The notes beneath the pieces are model-generated. The model worked only from the letters and a program-made list of their open reading frames with translations. It had not been told where the DNA came from and did no database searches. A program made the translations under genes and the position numbers. Of a DNA stretch of 64,000 bases, positions 23,023-32,806 are shown piece after piece (positions within the stretch are counted from its first letter, which is position 1; each line of letters begins with the position of its first letter). Location: contig CAVXZB010000041.1 of NCBI GenBank assembly GCA_963765895.1, positions 69,152-133,151 of the forward strand. The letters are read 5' to 3'. This stretch comes from an uncultured Nitrososphaeraceae archaeon. GTDB lineage: Archaea > Thermoproteota > Nitrososphaeria > Nitrososphaerales > Nitrososphaeraceae.

Positions 23023-23610
23023 CAATCAAATGGAAAGGAATCAAACCAACTAGAGACCGTGATAAAATGGAAGATGATGCTATTTCACACTTGTCAGATC
23101 AACTTGTGACTATAACCGGAAGATTACAAGAACTTGAAAGAAGACAAGTAACAATATAGACAACTTTACTCGTCTATTCCATTATCGTCTGAGGTCTCAC
23201 CATTCCGCACTAAAAATCGTAATGCTATATCTATTATGCCCACACTATCATCTTTGATTTTGTTTCAATGCATGCGTTGTTGTCTAATCCTACTGTTTTC
23301 TAGCATAAATCACACCACAAAACAACATAAGCACCCTCTCTGCTATCAGTGATACATTCACATAGATTCTTAGGTTATTGCCAAGAAGATCAGTTTATAG
23401 GATTTGTAGAGGAGGCTGGCGCAGAAGAGATTAGGGCTTAGCAAAGGATTGAGGGTATGCGATTGAGGACTGTGGTTGTTACTTCTATGCTGTTTATAAA
23501 TAGATATCAATAGTAAAGGTGGCCACGAAGTAATGTCTACTAGAACAATCATATCGATAATATCCCCAATATTATTATCGGTAACTGGGTCCTAAAGAGA
23601 TTAGTTTGGA

Positions 23611-24387
23611 ATGAAAGCAATAGTAAATGTTCTGTTTGTCGTAGTGTTGGCAGTTATGATGGTAACCGCATCGGCTTTGTTTACTGCGGGTTATACATCT
23701 ATATCAGTGTTAGCAAAGAAAAAGGCAGATTCAGGTAAGAGTAAGAGTAGCGATAGCGGTAGTGGCGGCAATGACGGCAGTGATAAAGGCGTATCTTCTG
23801 ATCAACCTAAGCCAAAACATGAAGAGCCACAGCAGACGGATACTCCGTCAGATATTGGAACACAGCCACCAACAGGCGACCAACAAACCGATAAGCCAAC
23901 GGACCAGCAACCAATAGTTACAGATAAACCAATTGCACCAGCGAATGACAAACCACAGTGTATGATAGAAAGTTGTGGCCCAATACCAGACAAGGGATGT
24001 GCGTTTCACCCTAATTCAGATAGTTGTAAACCAGACTTCGAGGGTAACTGCCCTTCAGGGTTTGCACATAATGATAAAGGAAATTGTTTTCCAGAAGGGC
24101 CATGCCCCCAAGGCTCTAGCAGACATGACGACGACGAGAGCGGCACATGTTTTCCAATCAATAGGCCGATTCATTGTCCACCAGGGTTCTTTCCAAGAAA
24201 TGGTGTTTGCAACAAAGACATTTTTATAATTATCCATAACACGATCCATAGCAGTAGCAGCGGATCAACTCATGGTTTGAGTAAGGGTTGCTTTGATGCA
24301 ATAAAGATTGCATGGTTAGGTAAGGTTCACAGAGGACAGAATAGTGAGGTTGACAACTTCATAGACAACTGTTTAGGAGCTAAGTAA
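23611..24387 (+). CDS. Secreted or surface protein with S/G and P/T/Q linkers and Cys-rich repeats
   Basis: N-terminal hydrophobic signal; three CPxG..C repeats. Confidence 0.7.
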   Translation: MKAIVNVLFVVVLAVMMVTASALFTAGYTSISVLAKKKADSGKSKSSDSGSGGNDGSDKGVSSDQPKPKHEEPQQTDTPSDIGTQPPTGDQQTDKPTDQQPIVTDKPIAPANDKPQCMIESCGPIPDKGCAFHPNSDSCKPDFEGNCPSGFAHNDKGNCFPEGPCPQGSSRHDDDESGTCFPINRPIHCPPGFFPRNGVCNKDIFIIIHNTIHSSSSGSTHGLSKGCFDAIKIAWLGKVHRGQNSEVDNFIDNCLGAK

Positions 24388-24562
24388 GTGAGTAAATAAT
24401 TCGATAAGGCAAGATTTGTCGCGGCTACTGTAGCAGTAACGATAATAGTAGCAGTATTGGTAATGGTCATTGCAGTATTGTTCCTGCAGTTCTATAGTGA
24501 TAAGATAAGACAAATAATCATGTTAGCGAAGGATTATTTGAATAGAAGGCATATACCAATGA

Positions 24563-24708
24563 CGCTGTGGCCTTTGACAACTAAGCCACTTTTGTAATCG
24601 CCTGCCAGGTTTTACATCTGGCTTAGTAATCCACAGCGACAAGTAAGCAAGTTAGTTATCGTATGCATGCACCGGTTAGGGACAACTGATGTCAAAGGCA
24701 TCGCATAC
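24563..24708. ncRNA. Candidate structured RNA: two hairpins with complementary bulges
   Basis: Stems CGCTGTGG/CCACAGCG, ACTAAGCCA/TGGCTTAGT, TGTAA/TTACA, GTATGC/GCATAC, ATGC/GCAT; bulges CTTTGAC (24572-78) and GTCAAAG (24691-97) pair. Confidence 0.5.
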
Positions 24709-24812
24709 ATCGACCTATTATTGCAAGAACTTTACTTTGCTATTATTCCAACTAAGAATAACTCGTATCAATATTTCTAAATGCAGATATCAATAATCGA
24801 TACATACGTGAC

Positions 24813-25283
24813 ATGACCGAGTTGAGTCTTGAAGGCCTGTTTGGGATAGGTGAAGCGATAGGAATTATTGCCACTCTGTTTGTTATATTATACTTTTCAA
24901 GAAAGCAAATGCAGAGTCTCTCAGTAGACATCCAAACAAAGGTTCTCAATGACTTGGATGAGAAGGTTCACAAGATGGCAGAAATCATAATTGAAAAACC
25001 ATCGATGCAAAATGTCATATATAAACTTGAAAAGCCGTCAGAAGAGTTAGCATTTGCGTATTATATCTTGTTTATTTGTTCTCATGCATATTCGATGCGT
25101 CAAAGAAAAGTGCTTAATGAAGATGAATGGACAGGATGGTTGCAGTGGATGAGAAATTGCTTTAAGTATGGAACTTTGAGTGAACAATGGAAACTAATCC
25201 AATCAGAGAGATGGTTCAATCCTGATTTTGAGAATTTCATAAACAAAGAGGTAGAGCCAAAACCAGAGTCTAAATCGATATAA
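24813..25283 (+). CDS. Hypothetical protein with an N-terminal TM helix
   Basis: Clean 156-aa ORF; IGIIATLFVILYFS; Trp-rich C-terminus. Confidence 0.7.
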   Translation: MTELSLEGLFGIGEAIGIIATLFVILYFSRKQMQSLSVDIQTKVLNDLDEKVHKMAEIIIEKPSMQNVIYKLEKPSEELAFAYYILFICSHAYSMRQRKVLNEDEWTGWLQWMRNCFKYGTLSEQWKLIQSERWFNPDFENFINKEVEPKPESKSI

Positions 25284-25543
25284 TCTATTTATTAGTTCTT
25301 TGAGAATACGAACTTATGAAAGTCTTGACTAGCAATGACTAGTAAAAGATAGAGGAGTTGTCGATTAATTACTATAAAAGCTTATAATCTTTATCCAAAA
25401 CTATAGTGTTTGATACACATCATCATACTTGCAATACCATATCTGCTGCTCTGAATGGAGTTATAATCTTCATCCAGTAGGTAGGACAATGTGTAGTTAC
25501 CACCGATATAGGCCCAAAATCAAGTTAGGATTATTGATCTCGC

Positions 25544-26039
25544 TTACCTAATATGCATAAATTCTATAGGAAATATGCATCTGACTATTTTACCAAAGCA
25601 TTCCAAAATAATTGATTCTGGGATAGGAATGTCTTTGTTGATTAATTGTTGAATTCCTATAGCCCTTTTTAGTCCGTCTACTATAAGCCTTCTATTCGAG
25701 TTGTTATCATAGGCAGTAGTAATCTGTACCTGATGGCGCAACAGTGAGGATATGGTTTGCACTAGTCATTTCTGGGTAGTTTGGTTGGATGCAATATTCT
25801 TGTAAAGTAAATATTTCCGCATCCTCGTCTCCAGGCTGTCTACCTTGTTTATATCTAGGAATAATAGAATTGTGCATCAATGATTTCCATCTGCCAGAGG
25901 AGTTTACATTACATTTTCTTGATTTGGAATAGATCAGAAGGTCTGGGATCCAGATCACAGTTATATGATTCTCCACGCCTTGTCCAGATTTGAGGAATTC
26001 GCTATTTGAAACGTCGGCCCATGAACAATCTAAGCTCAT
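25544..26039 (-). pseudogene. Hypothetical protein, frameshifted; weak ParB/Srx-like motif
   Basis: Two overlapping ORFs join; LIVDGLKRAI resembles IxDGxHR. Confidence 0.35.
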
Positions 26040-26207
26040 GTAGTTATGCTTACTTGCCGCTTAGGATTATATATGTCACCAAAGAGAGCACTGAATCCAA
26101 ATCAGAATATTTTATAAAGTTCTGTAAGAGATCCACATATGCTTTTCTATGCTATCTTTTGAAAAGAAAAATTGAAAGTAAAAGGTCAAACAGTGAAATG
26201 AAAACGG

Positions 26208-26999
26208 CTAATAAAACCTTAATTCTTCCAATTTTATCTTGTCTTTAATATTCATAAAATAATCCACGATTTTATCCCTATTGTTTCGTTGTAATTTTTC
26301 AAACTTGGCCACATCATCAAATGTCTCTTTATCGGATAATACATAATCAAGTCCTTGTTCCAGTATCATGTTTAACATTTCTCGATTTGTTAACGCTTCA
26401 TAAAGGTCTTGCTTATTTTTTATTTGAACAGATGAAATATCTTTTCTAGCCACGGCTAAGGAAATTTCTACTGTAAAAGCCATATTAGCCAATTCATATA
26501 AATCTTCAACATTAAACCTTGCATCAGATTTCTTTCCTTTCTCATAAGGACATTCAAATCTGTTTACTACACAGCAAGGATATTGTATAGGAGTATTTTT
26601 ATTATCGTCCTCATCCTTTTCTAATCCTTTGGTGACTAATCTATTGATCCCGATAAATATTGGGTCGTCTTCATCAGGACTCAACAAGCAATGAAAACAC
26701 TTTGTCCTACCATAATTGGGGTTTCTTCTAACTTCCATCAAGTCCAAATAATCAGAATACCATTTCCTTGTTCGGTTATCGCCATCTTTTAGTTCACTTT
26801 CTGTTGGAGAGGTCTGAAATCTATCAAAATCATCAGGAAAATATTCTAGTGCATAAGGTGTTCCTCTGAGTTGTATCCATTCATTTAATGGAATTATTTC
26901 TTTGCCTCTCCAGCGGTTTGAGTCGTTACCGTCACCATTAAAAGAATCAAATCTTTCGAACCTTTTGGATAGGTTACTGATTGATCTTTCTAGATTCAA
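26208..26999 (-). CDS. Hypothetical protein with Cys motifs, coupled to the HTH gene
   Basis: 263-aa ORF; CFHC and YPCC..FECP; overlaps the upstream gene by 26 nt. Confidence 0.7.
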   Translation of the reverse strand: MNLERSISNLSKRFERFDSFNGDGNDSNRWRGKEIIPLNEWIQLRGTPYALEYFPDDFDRFQTSPTESELKDGDNRTRKWYSDYLDLMEVRRNPNYGRTKCFHCLLSPDEDDPIFIGINRLVTKGLEKDEDDNKNTPIQYPCCVVNRFECPYEKGKKSDARFNVEDLYELANMAFTVEISLAVARKDISSVQIKNKQDLYEALTNREMLNMILEQGLDYVLSDKETFDDVAKFEKLQRNNRDKIVDYFMNIKDKIKLEELRFY

Positions 27000-27411
27000 T
27001 ATTTTCTAGTCTCTCCTCTAATGACTTTATGTGCATAATTGATGGGCCTTCCTTAAACAGAGCAAACTTGGCTTCATTACATTCCCTAATTACTTTCAAA
27101 GCTAAAAGCTTGTCTTTTGGTGTTAGGTTGCTATTATTGTTGTTCTGTCCTTTGAATATCTCCCAGCCTTTCCTTCTGACTTCTTCAATTCCATCAATAC
27201 ACTGTTTGTAGTAATATGTCAAATCAGACTTTGCTAGATCAAATACAAATCTCTGCGATAACAGTTTCAGTGCTTTAATATCTCTGCTAATGGTGGAACG
27301 ATCTACTCTTAATTTATCTGCTATCTCCTGCTCAGTCATTGATTGGGCAAGTAGAGAAGCTACTTGTCTTCTTCTTTCTTCAAGATGAAATTTCTTTGTG
27401 TGCATGGTCAT
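26974..27411 (-). CDS. HTH protein, terminase-small-subunit-like
   Basis: EERRRQVASLLAQSMTEQEIADKLRVDRSTISRDIK followed by a helical region. Confidence 0.7.
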   Translation of the reverse strand: MTMHTKKFHLEERRRQVASLLAQSMTEQEIADKLRVDRSTISRDIKALKLLSQRFVFDLAKSDLTYYYKQCIDGIEEVRRKGWEIFKGQNNNNSNLTPKDKLLALKVIRECNEAKFALFKEGPSIMHIKSLEERLENIESRKINQ

Positions 27412-27787
27412 GCGTAAATCGTGTATTAATTATTATAGAATTGGATCTTCTTAAGGATATGGAGATATGACTGGGCTAGTAGCGTTGTGACCTTTCTGCG
27501 TCTATCTTCAATTTTGAAATTGTGCGTTACCAAGATTATTATATGCATTACTCTTTAGTGAAGGTTATGTTTATGCATTTTGTGAAAGCGATGCAATATG
27601 TTGGGGATCTACATGATACAAGCCTCGGGATCCTTCCATGTTGATAGCGGCTAGTGGCTGTATCATTCTGATATGTTAATGATGAGTGATTGAGAAATAG
27701 TCCCCCATAATCCTCTATGACGTAGTTATTTAATTCCAATATTATTCACTTAATTGCAATGTAGTGTCATGAGGTTAAAATAATGCT

Positions 27788-28215
27788 TTAAGCTTGATGA
27801 GTTTGATAGCAATATCTTTGGTTAGGTCCTATCACTGTATACATTTGCGCATTACGATAAGTATCATCTTTCAAACATAACCAAGTCATCAACCTAAGAA
27901 AGAATTCTGTAACGCCTAGGCCAGTTGCCTTTTTAATCCACAGGTGCTTGTGCTTGAAATCACGCTTAGAATTGTCGTTTTTTTGAATCAAGCAGATTTT
28001 CATAAATAAATTTTGATAATAAATATCGGTTTTTCAATCATTTCCTTTCGCGGTAGCCCAATGAGATGATTGAAACAACAATCTCCATTAGTTTCAATAT
28101 CTATCTTGCGTTGCTGCTGATCCCATATCCAAAATGGTTTATTTTTTAATCTCTCATCAGGTAAATTCTGGCTTGTTGTTTTCAGGTAGACCATTTTAAG
28201 ATCTTTGAAAGTTAC
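27788..28215 (-). pseudogene. N-terminal relic of a terminase-large-subunit-like ATPase
   Basis: KPFWIWD..CCFNHLIGLP / HLWIKKATGLGVTEFFLR (degenerate Walker A) ..GPNQ; truncated. Confidence 0.5.
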
Positions 28216-28357
28216 GCTCTATTACTTATTGTGAGACTATGGATTTAGGATTTACTACAAATCTGAATGAACTAATTCAAGATTATGAGCCTCTTTTAAA
28301 GTTCGGATTCAAAGGAAATTCTGAACCAAAACGAAAACTTATTGAAATAACATTAAT

Positions 28358-28763
28358 TTATTCAGGCAGTTTTGACACAGACAAAATATCCTCAACAATC
28401 TCTTCATTTGGTATTCTTTGTAGTAATTTTCTTTTCAATTCCTTTTTATTTCTTATTTTTTCAGGGACGCTTTTTGTGAAACGTAGTATAAAATCAATAA
28501 ATTTAGGATCGTCAATTATAGCATTACTAAATATAGTATTTGCGTTAACTAATGAATCATCATAATAAACTGGATTGATGATGACTGAATTAGATAGATC
28601 GGCCATTCTTAGATCAGCCTCGCTAAGATCAGCCTCGCTAAGATCAGCCTCGCTAAGATTAGCCTCGCTAAGATTAGCCTCGCTAAGAATGGTTCTACTA
28701 AGATTAGCCCTACTAAGAAAAGCCGACCCAAGACCACTAGCATTAGTGACAGGCTGCGTGCAT
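28358..28763 (-). pseudogene. C-terminal fragment of a pentapeptide-repeat protein
   Basis: A(N/D)LSE repeats encoded by 15-bp tandem units at about 28611-28690; the nominal N-terminus lies inside an IS5 end. Confidence 0.8.
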
Positions 28764-28986
28764 GGCCCTGTAGAAACCATATTTTGAATACCGTTAGAGC
28801 TTTGTAGGAGCATAATACAATATGGACGTTGAAAGAATCAACATATGTTATGCTAACAAATACTATGTACAGTGTCTTAAGAAATTCAAGGATACTTTTG
28901 TTTCTTCACCGAAAGAGTAACCATGTCTTCACGATGTGGCAACGTTTAGTATTGTTCATAATAAGATCGTACTAAGGTAAGAGTCA
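28764..28986 (+). mobile_element. Truncated IS5 left end with decayed transposase 5' part
   Basis: GGCCCTGTAGAAACCAT..GAATACCGTTAGAGCTTT..TTGAAAGAATCA closely matches the left end of the 55699-56653 copy. Confidence 0.85.
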
Positions 28987-29052
28987 GGGATCTGTATGCG
29001 TGAAAAGTATCCATAGTCGCAAGATATATCAGTTGCCATATACAATAAGATA

Positions 29053-29343
29053 TTGCATAACAAAATGCAAGCAACATTAATGCTACTACTAATTTTGACT
29101 ATTTGTAGTTCTGCTGCTTTATTTTATAGTACTAATGATATGTTAATGGTATTTGCGAGTAATAATACCTTCAAACATACTAACGTTTCCGATAACACTA
29201 CAGCCAATATTAATTGTGCTAATTTTCAGTACAATGTTAGCTGCAGATCTGTATGCAAACCACCGCAGCAAGCCTGTCCTTCACAAGCAAGCCCTAATGA
29301 CACTTCGGCATACAACACGCTTAAACAGCTTCAAAAACGCTAG
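29053..29343 (+). CDS. Small secreted hypothetical protein (possibly truncated)
   Basis: Signal-like N-terminus; Cys residues; N-x-S/T sequons. Confidence 0.4.
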   Translation: MHNKMQATLMLLLILTICSSAALFYSTNDMLMVFASNNTFKHTNVSDNTTANINCANFQYNVSCRSVCKPPQQACPSQASPNDTSAYNTLKQLQKR

Positions 29344-29397
29344 TTAAAAAACAGAATCAAAAACCAATTAGAGAAAAATAAAATTTTAGAATCTAGG

Positions 29398-29613
29398 TTA
29401 TTTACTTCTATAATTGTCTTTATTGCTATCCCTTGATGTCCTGATAATATCGAAACAAGATATCGTTATAGCAAGAATCAGAGCTGGAACGACTATGGCT
29501 TTGGCCTCTACTTCGGGCAAAAGCTCTGCAGTCAATGCAATGGCTGATAATACAATCACAACCGTACGAAATATATTCCAATGCTTCTTTGTTAATATTA
29601 GTTGAAGATTCAC
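29398..29613 (-). CDS. Small two-TM membrane protein
   Basis: Two hydrophobic helices. Confidence 0.5.
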   Translation of the reverse strand: MNLQLILTKKHWNIFRTVVIVLSAIALTAELLPEVEAKAIVVPALILAITISCFDIIRTSRDSNKDNYRSK

Positions 29614-29654
29614 TAGGATAACAATATTATCATATACTATTTAAGGGACACGGG

Positions 29655-29670
29655 AAACTCTTAATTACCT
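29655..29670 (+). promoter_or_regulatory. BRE/TATA-like promoter
   Basis: AAACTCTTAATTACCT about 30 bp before ATG 29693; near-identical AAATCCTTAATTACCT lies before 32907. Confidence 0.5.
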
Positions 29671-29692
29671 TAACAAGGAAATAAAACACCGA

Positions 29693-31969
29693 ATGATCGA
29701 CAAGGGAACCCAAAAGAAGAAAGCTGAGCCTCCTAAAGATGATCCTTTATTACGTAGCAAACGAGCCATTATTGATAAAATTATCGGAAGTGAAGGACAA
29801 CAATTAGCAGAAAAACGTCTTGCTGCAGTTAAGCAAGCTCGTGAAATGGCAGGTGCCTCAGAGTCGCAAGATTCGGAAGAAGATACTATTACCAGTAGTG
29901 ACGAATCATCGTCATCCTCAACACTAACTTCTCAATCCACGCCTTCTAGTCCAAATAAATGGAAACAATTAGGACCCACAGTAATTCCTAACGGTCAAAC
30001 TTATTCTGATAAACGAGTAAATGTAACAGGTAGAATTACTGCTATAGCAATACATCCAAAGAATCCAAGTACGATATATACTGGAGCTGCTCAAGGTGGA
30101 ATTTGGAAAACCACAGACGGCGGTAATCAATGGATTCCGACATCAGACAATGTGCTCTCGCTTGCGATAGGTGCCTTAGCCATCGATGCAAGTAATCCTG
30201 AAGTTCTTTATGCAGGAACTGGCGAAGGAAATTTCGGTGGCGATAGTCAGTATGGACTTGGTATCATTAAAACAACAAATGGAGGCCAAACATGGGAATT
30301 AAAAGGAATGAATACATTTATTTCGTCTCGCTTTTGCCGTATTGCTGTTAATCCTAAAAACTCAAACCACATTTTTGCCGCGGCAACTTCTCCTGCCTCT
30401 GGTATATATAGAAGCACGGATGCAGGAGAAAGCTGGTCAAGATTAACTAATGGATTACCTTCTTCAGATGCAACGGATATTGTCTTGGATCCAAGTAATC
30501 CGGATACAGCATATGCCGCATTTTGGGGTGAAGGAATTTTCAAAACAACTAATGCAAATACAACAAACCCAACATGGAATAAGCTTAGCGGAGGATTTGC
30601 AACTGGTAACTTTACACGTATTGTTCTTGGTATTTCACAATCTTCGCCTAGTACACTATATGCCCTTATGGCTGACGACAACTATGAAATAAACATGTTT
30701 TATCAGACCAGTGATGCTGGAAATACTTGGAGTCAAATACAACTGGTTAATGCAGATCTGGGTCAACAAGGCTTTTATGATATAAATCTGGCTGTCCATC
30801 CACAAAATGAGAATATTGTATACTTAAGTGGCATATCTTTGTGGAAGGCAACTCGTAATACACATACAAATCATTGGAAGTTCTCTGACATTGGTAAAGA
30901 ATTTCACCCTGATAATCATGCCTTTGCTTTTGACCCAGTCAACCCTGAAATAATTTATGCCGGAAGCGATGGTGGGATATATAAATCCATGGATGGAGGA
31001 AACAAATGGAATGATGGTATCAATCAGGGATTGTGTATAACTCAATTTGAATTTATGGAACAGGATCCAAATAACGAGAAAAGAATAATCGCAGGCACCC
31101 AAGACAATGGAACTGAAAGGTATGATGGGAATTCCCAATTTTATCATTCAGACGATGGTGATGGTGGATTTGTATGCATAGATCCAAACCAGCCACAGAA
31201 CGTTTGGCATACTTATTACAGCCTCAGCCCAGCCTTCTCGTCCCAAGGAGGAGACTTTGGAAGTTGGCAATCACTAGACGGATCAATTTCTGGGGATCCT
31301 TCAAACTTTTATCCTCCAATTGCACTGGATAAGACAAATTCAAATAATATCGCAATAGGAGGCCAAATACTATATTTAGATCACTCAAAAGGAACTGGGG
31401 GCTGGTCTGAACGTATTAATCTAAATCTTCCTCAGAGCGATCTTATATCAGCGATTAATTTTGTTAATACAAAGCTTATCTTTGTGGGAACAAATGAGGG
31501 GCGTGTCTATCGCATAACTAAAAATGGAAATAATTGGACAGTTCATGCTATCCATGCAAGTCCATTTCCTACTGACCGCTATATTTGGGATATTGGTACT
31601 TTGCCTGATGATGAAACAAAGATCATAGTCATTGTGTCTGGATTTGATACACCACATGTATTTCGTGGTGATGTTTCACCGGGTAATAACTCAGCAACAT
31701 GGACGGACATAAGTGGAACTGGAAATGCAAGACTTCCGAATATTCCTGTAAATGCATTAGTAATAGATGAGAACAAGGCAACTACCATGTATGTTGGTAC
31801 TGATGTAGGTGTTTTCCGCACAGCAGATAGTGGCAAAACATGGAAGTGGTTCAGCGAAGGTCTGCCAAATTGTCAAGTATATGATCTGCGCCTAAACAAT
31901 TCCAAAGGCCTTCTTCGTGCGGCTACACACGGTAGGGGTATGTGGGAGAGAATAGTCAAAGACATTTAA
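29693..31969 (+). CDS. BNR/Asp-box (VPS10/sortilin-like) double beta-propeller protein
   Basis: Many Asp boxes: KTTDGGNQW, KTTNGGQTW, RSTDAGESW, KSMDGGNKW, RTADSGKTW; C-terminal ATHGRGMW. Confidence 0.88.
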   Translation: MIDKGTQKKKAEPPKDDPLLRSKRAIIDKIIGSEGQQLAEKRLAAVKQAREMAGASESQDSEEDTITSSDESSSSSTLTSQSTPSSPNKWKQLGPTVIPNGQTYSDKRVNVTGRITAIAIHPKNPSTIYTGAAQGGIWKTTDGGNQWIPTSDNVLSLAIGALAIDASNPEVLYAGTGEGNFGGDSQYGLGIIKTTNGGQTWELKGMNTFISSRFCRIAVNPKNSNHIFAAATSPASGIYRSTDAGESWSRLTNGLPSSDATDIVLDPSNPDTAYAAFWGEGIFKTTNANTTNPTWNKLSGGFATGNFTRIVLGISQSSPSTLYALMADDNYEINMFYQTSDAGNTWSQIQLVNADLGQQGFYDINLAVHPQNENIVYLSGISLWKATRNTHTNHWKFSDIGKEFHPDNHAFAFDPVNPEIIYAGSDGGIYKSMDGGNKWNDGINQGLCITQFEFMEQDPNNEKRIIAGTQDNGTERYDGNSQFYHSDDGDGGFVCIDPNQPQNVWHTYYSLSPAFSSQGGDFGSWQSLDGSISGDPSNFYPPIALDKTNSNNIAIGGQILYLDHSKGTGGWSERINLNLPQSDLISAINFVNTKLIFVGTNEGRVYRITKNGNNWTVHAIHASPFPTDRYIWDIGTLPDDETKIIVIVSGFDTPHVFRGDVSPGNNSATWTDISGTGNARLPNIPVNALVIDENKATTMYVGTDVGVFRTADSGKTWKWFSEGLPNCQVYDLRLNNSKGLLRAATHGRGMWERIVKDI

Positions 31970-32262
31970 TCTTCGTATAATGGTGGTGATGAAATATTAA
32001 TACCACAGGAAGCATCACTCACAAGTAAAATAGGCTCGCCTTTACCAAAGGTTTTGTATACAATATCAATATCAATATCTTCTACGTGAAATTTTTTATT
32101 ACCTATCCATATCAGTTTGAAAGTTTTGCCTATGCGTTGCTTGCACTGCGAAATGAAATGATCGGCCTTTAGTTCATTCGCTATTTCAGTTTCTGTCATT
32201 GATTGGGCTAGTAGAGTTGCAACTTTTCGTCTTCTTTCTTCGATCTCGTATTTATGCAACAC
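31966..32262 (-). pseudogene. Chimeric relic: HTH N-terminus joined to an alpha/beta-hydrolase N-terminal fragment
   Basis: EERRRKVATLLAQSMTETEIANEL (paralogue of 26974-27411), then DIDIVYKTFGKGEPILLVS. Confidence 0.6.
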
Positions 32263-32806
32263 TTATCTCAATATTGCATTAGTCTCCTCTTAAAGTTTAG
32301 CTCTATGCATTTTCAAACACTCATGTATTGATATTACGAGAGGATTTGACAAGTATAACAGGAACTAGAACATATTCATCAAATTCATTTATGATAAATA
32401 AGTTATTATCTGATCGTAAGTAGCTTTACGGATATATTCTTTTGAGCGTATCTAACAGATATGTCTTTCTCCTCACTTGATTCGGTTATAATTCTATTTT
32501 AATTCTGTTTAGTTGCATTAAATATAACAAATACAAACTTAATTATTAAATATAAAATTGGTTAGACATCTGACGCCTTTCGATAGTAACATCTACAAAT
32601 TATAGTTCAGTCTTATTGCCAAAGTTAATTCTGATAAACTTGTATAACATAGATCTTACATCATTTTAGGAGTTCTGTATTCTCAGAGATCACTTCTCAT
32701 GTATAAACAGAATTTTCAGTATTAACGCACTATTATATGCGTATACAAAAGATTGCGGGAGTTATGCTGAACTCATTTCATAATCCTTGGTTGTTGTAAT
32801 AAGAAT

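Noticed and set aside
23023-23160. Short frame after the integrase (DDAISHLSDQLVTITGRLQELERR)
   Set aside because: Probably the tail of an earlier integrase allele; no start codon and too short to call
24684-24700. CTGATG as a hammerhead ribozyme core
   Set aside because: Reads CTGATGT, not CTGATGA, and has no properly placed GAAA
28611-28690. 15-bp tandem repeats as a CRISPR-like array
   Set aside because: No spacers; they encode the pentapeptide repeats
28764-28813. N-terminus of ORF 28358-28813
   Set aside because: Read through the reverse strand of an IS5 end; not part of the original gene
30247-31836. Antisense and alternate-frame ORFs within the BNR gene (likewise those within tyrosinase, S10, KAP, helicase and MFS)
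   Set aside because: Shadow ORFs of well-supported genes with no motifs of their own
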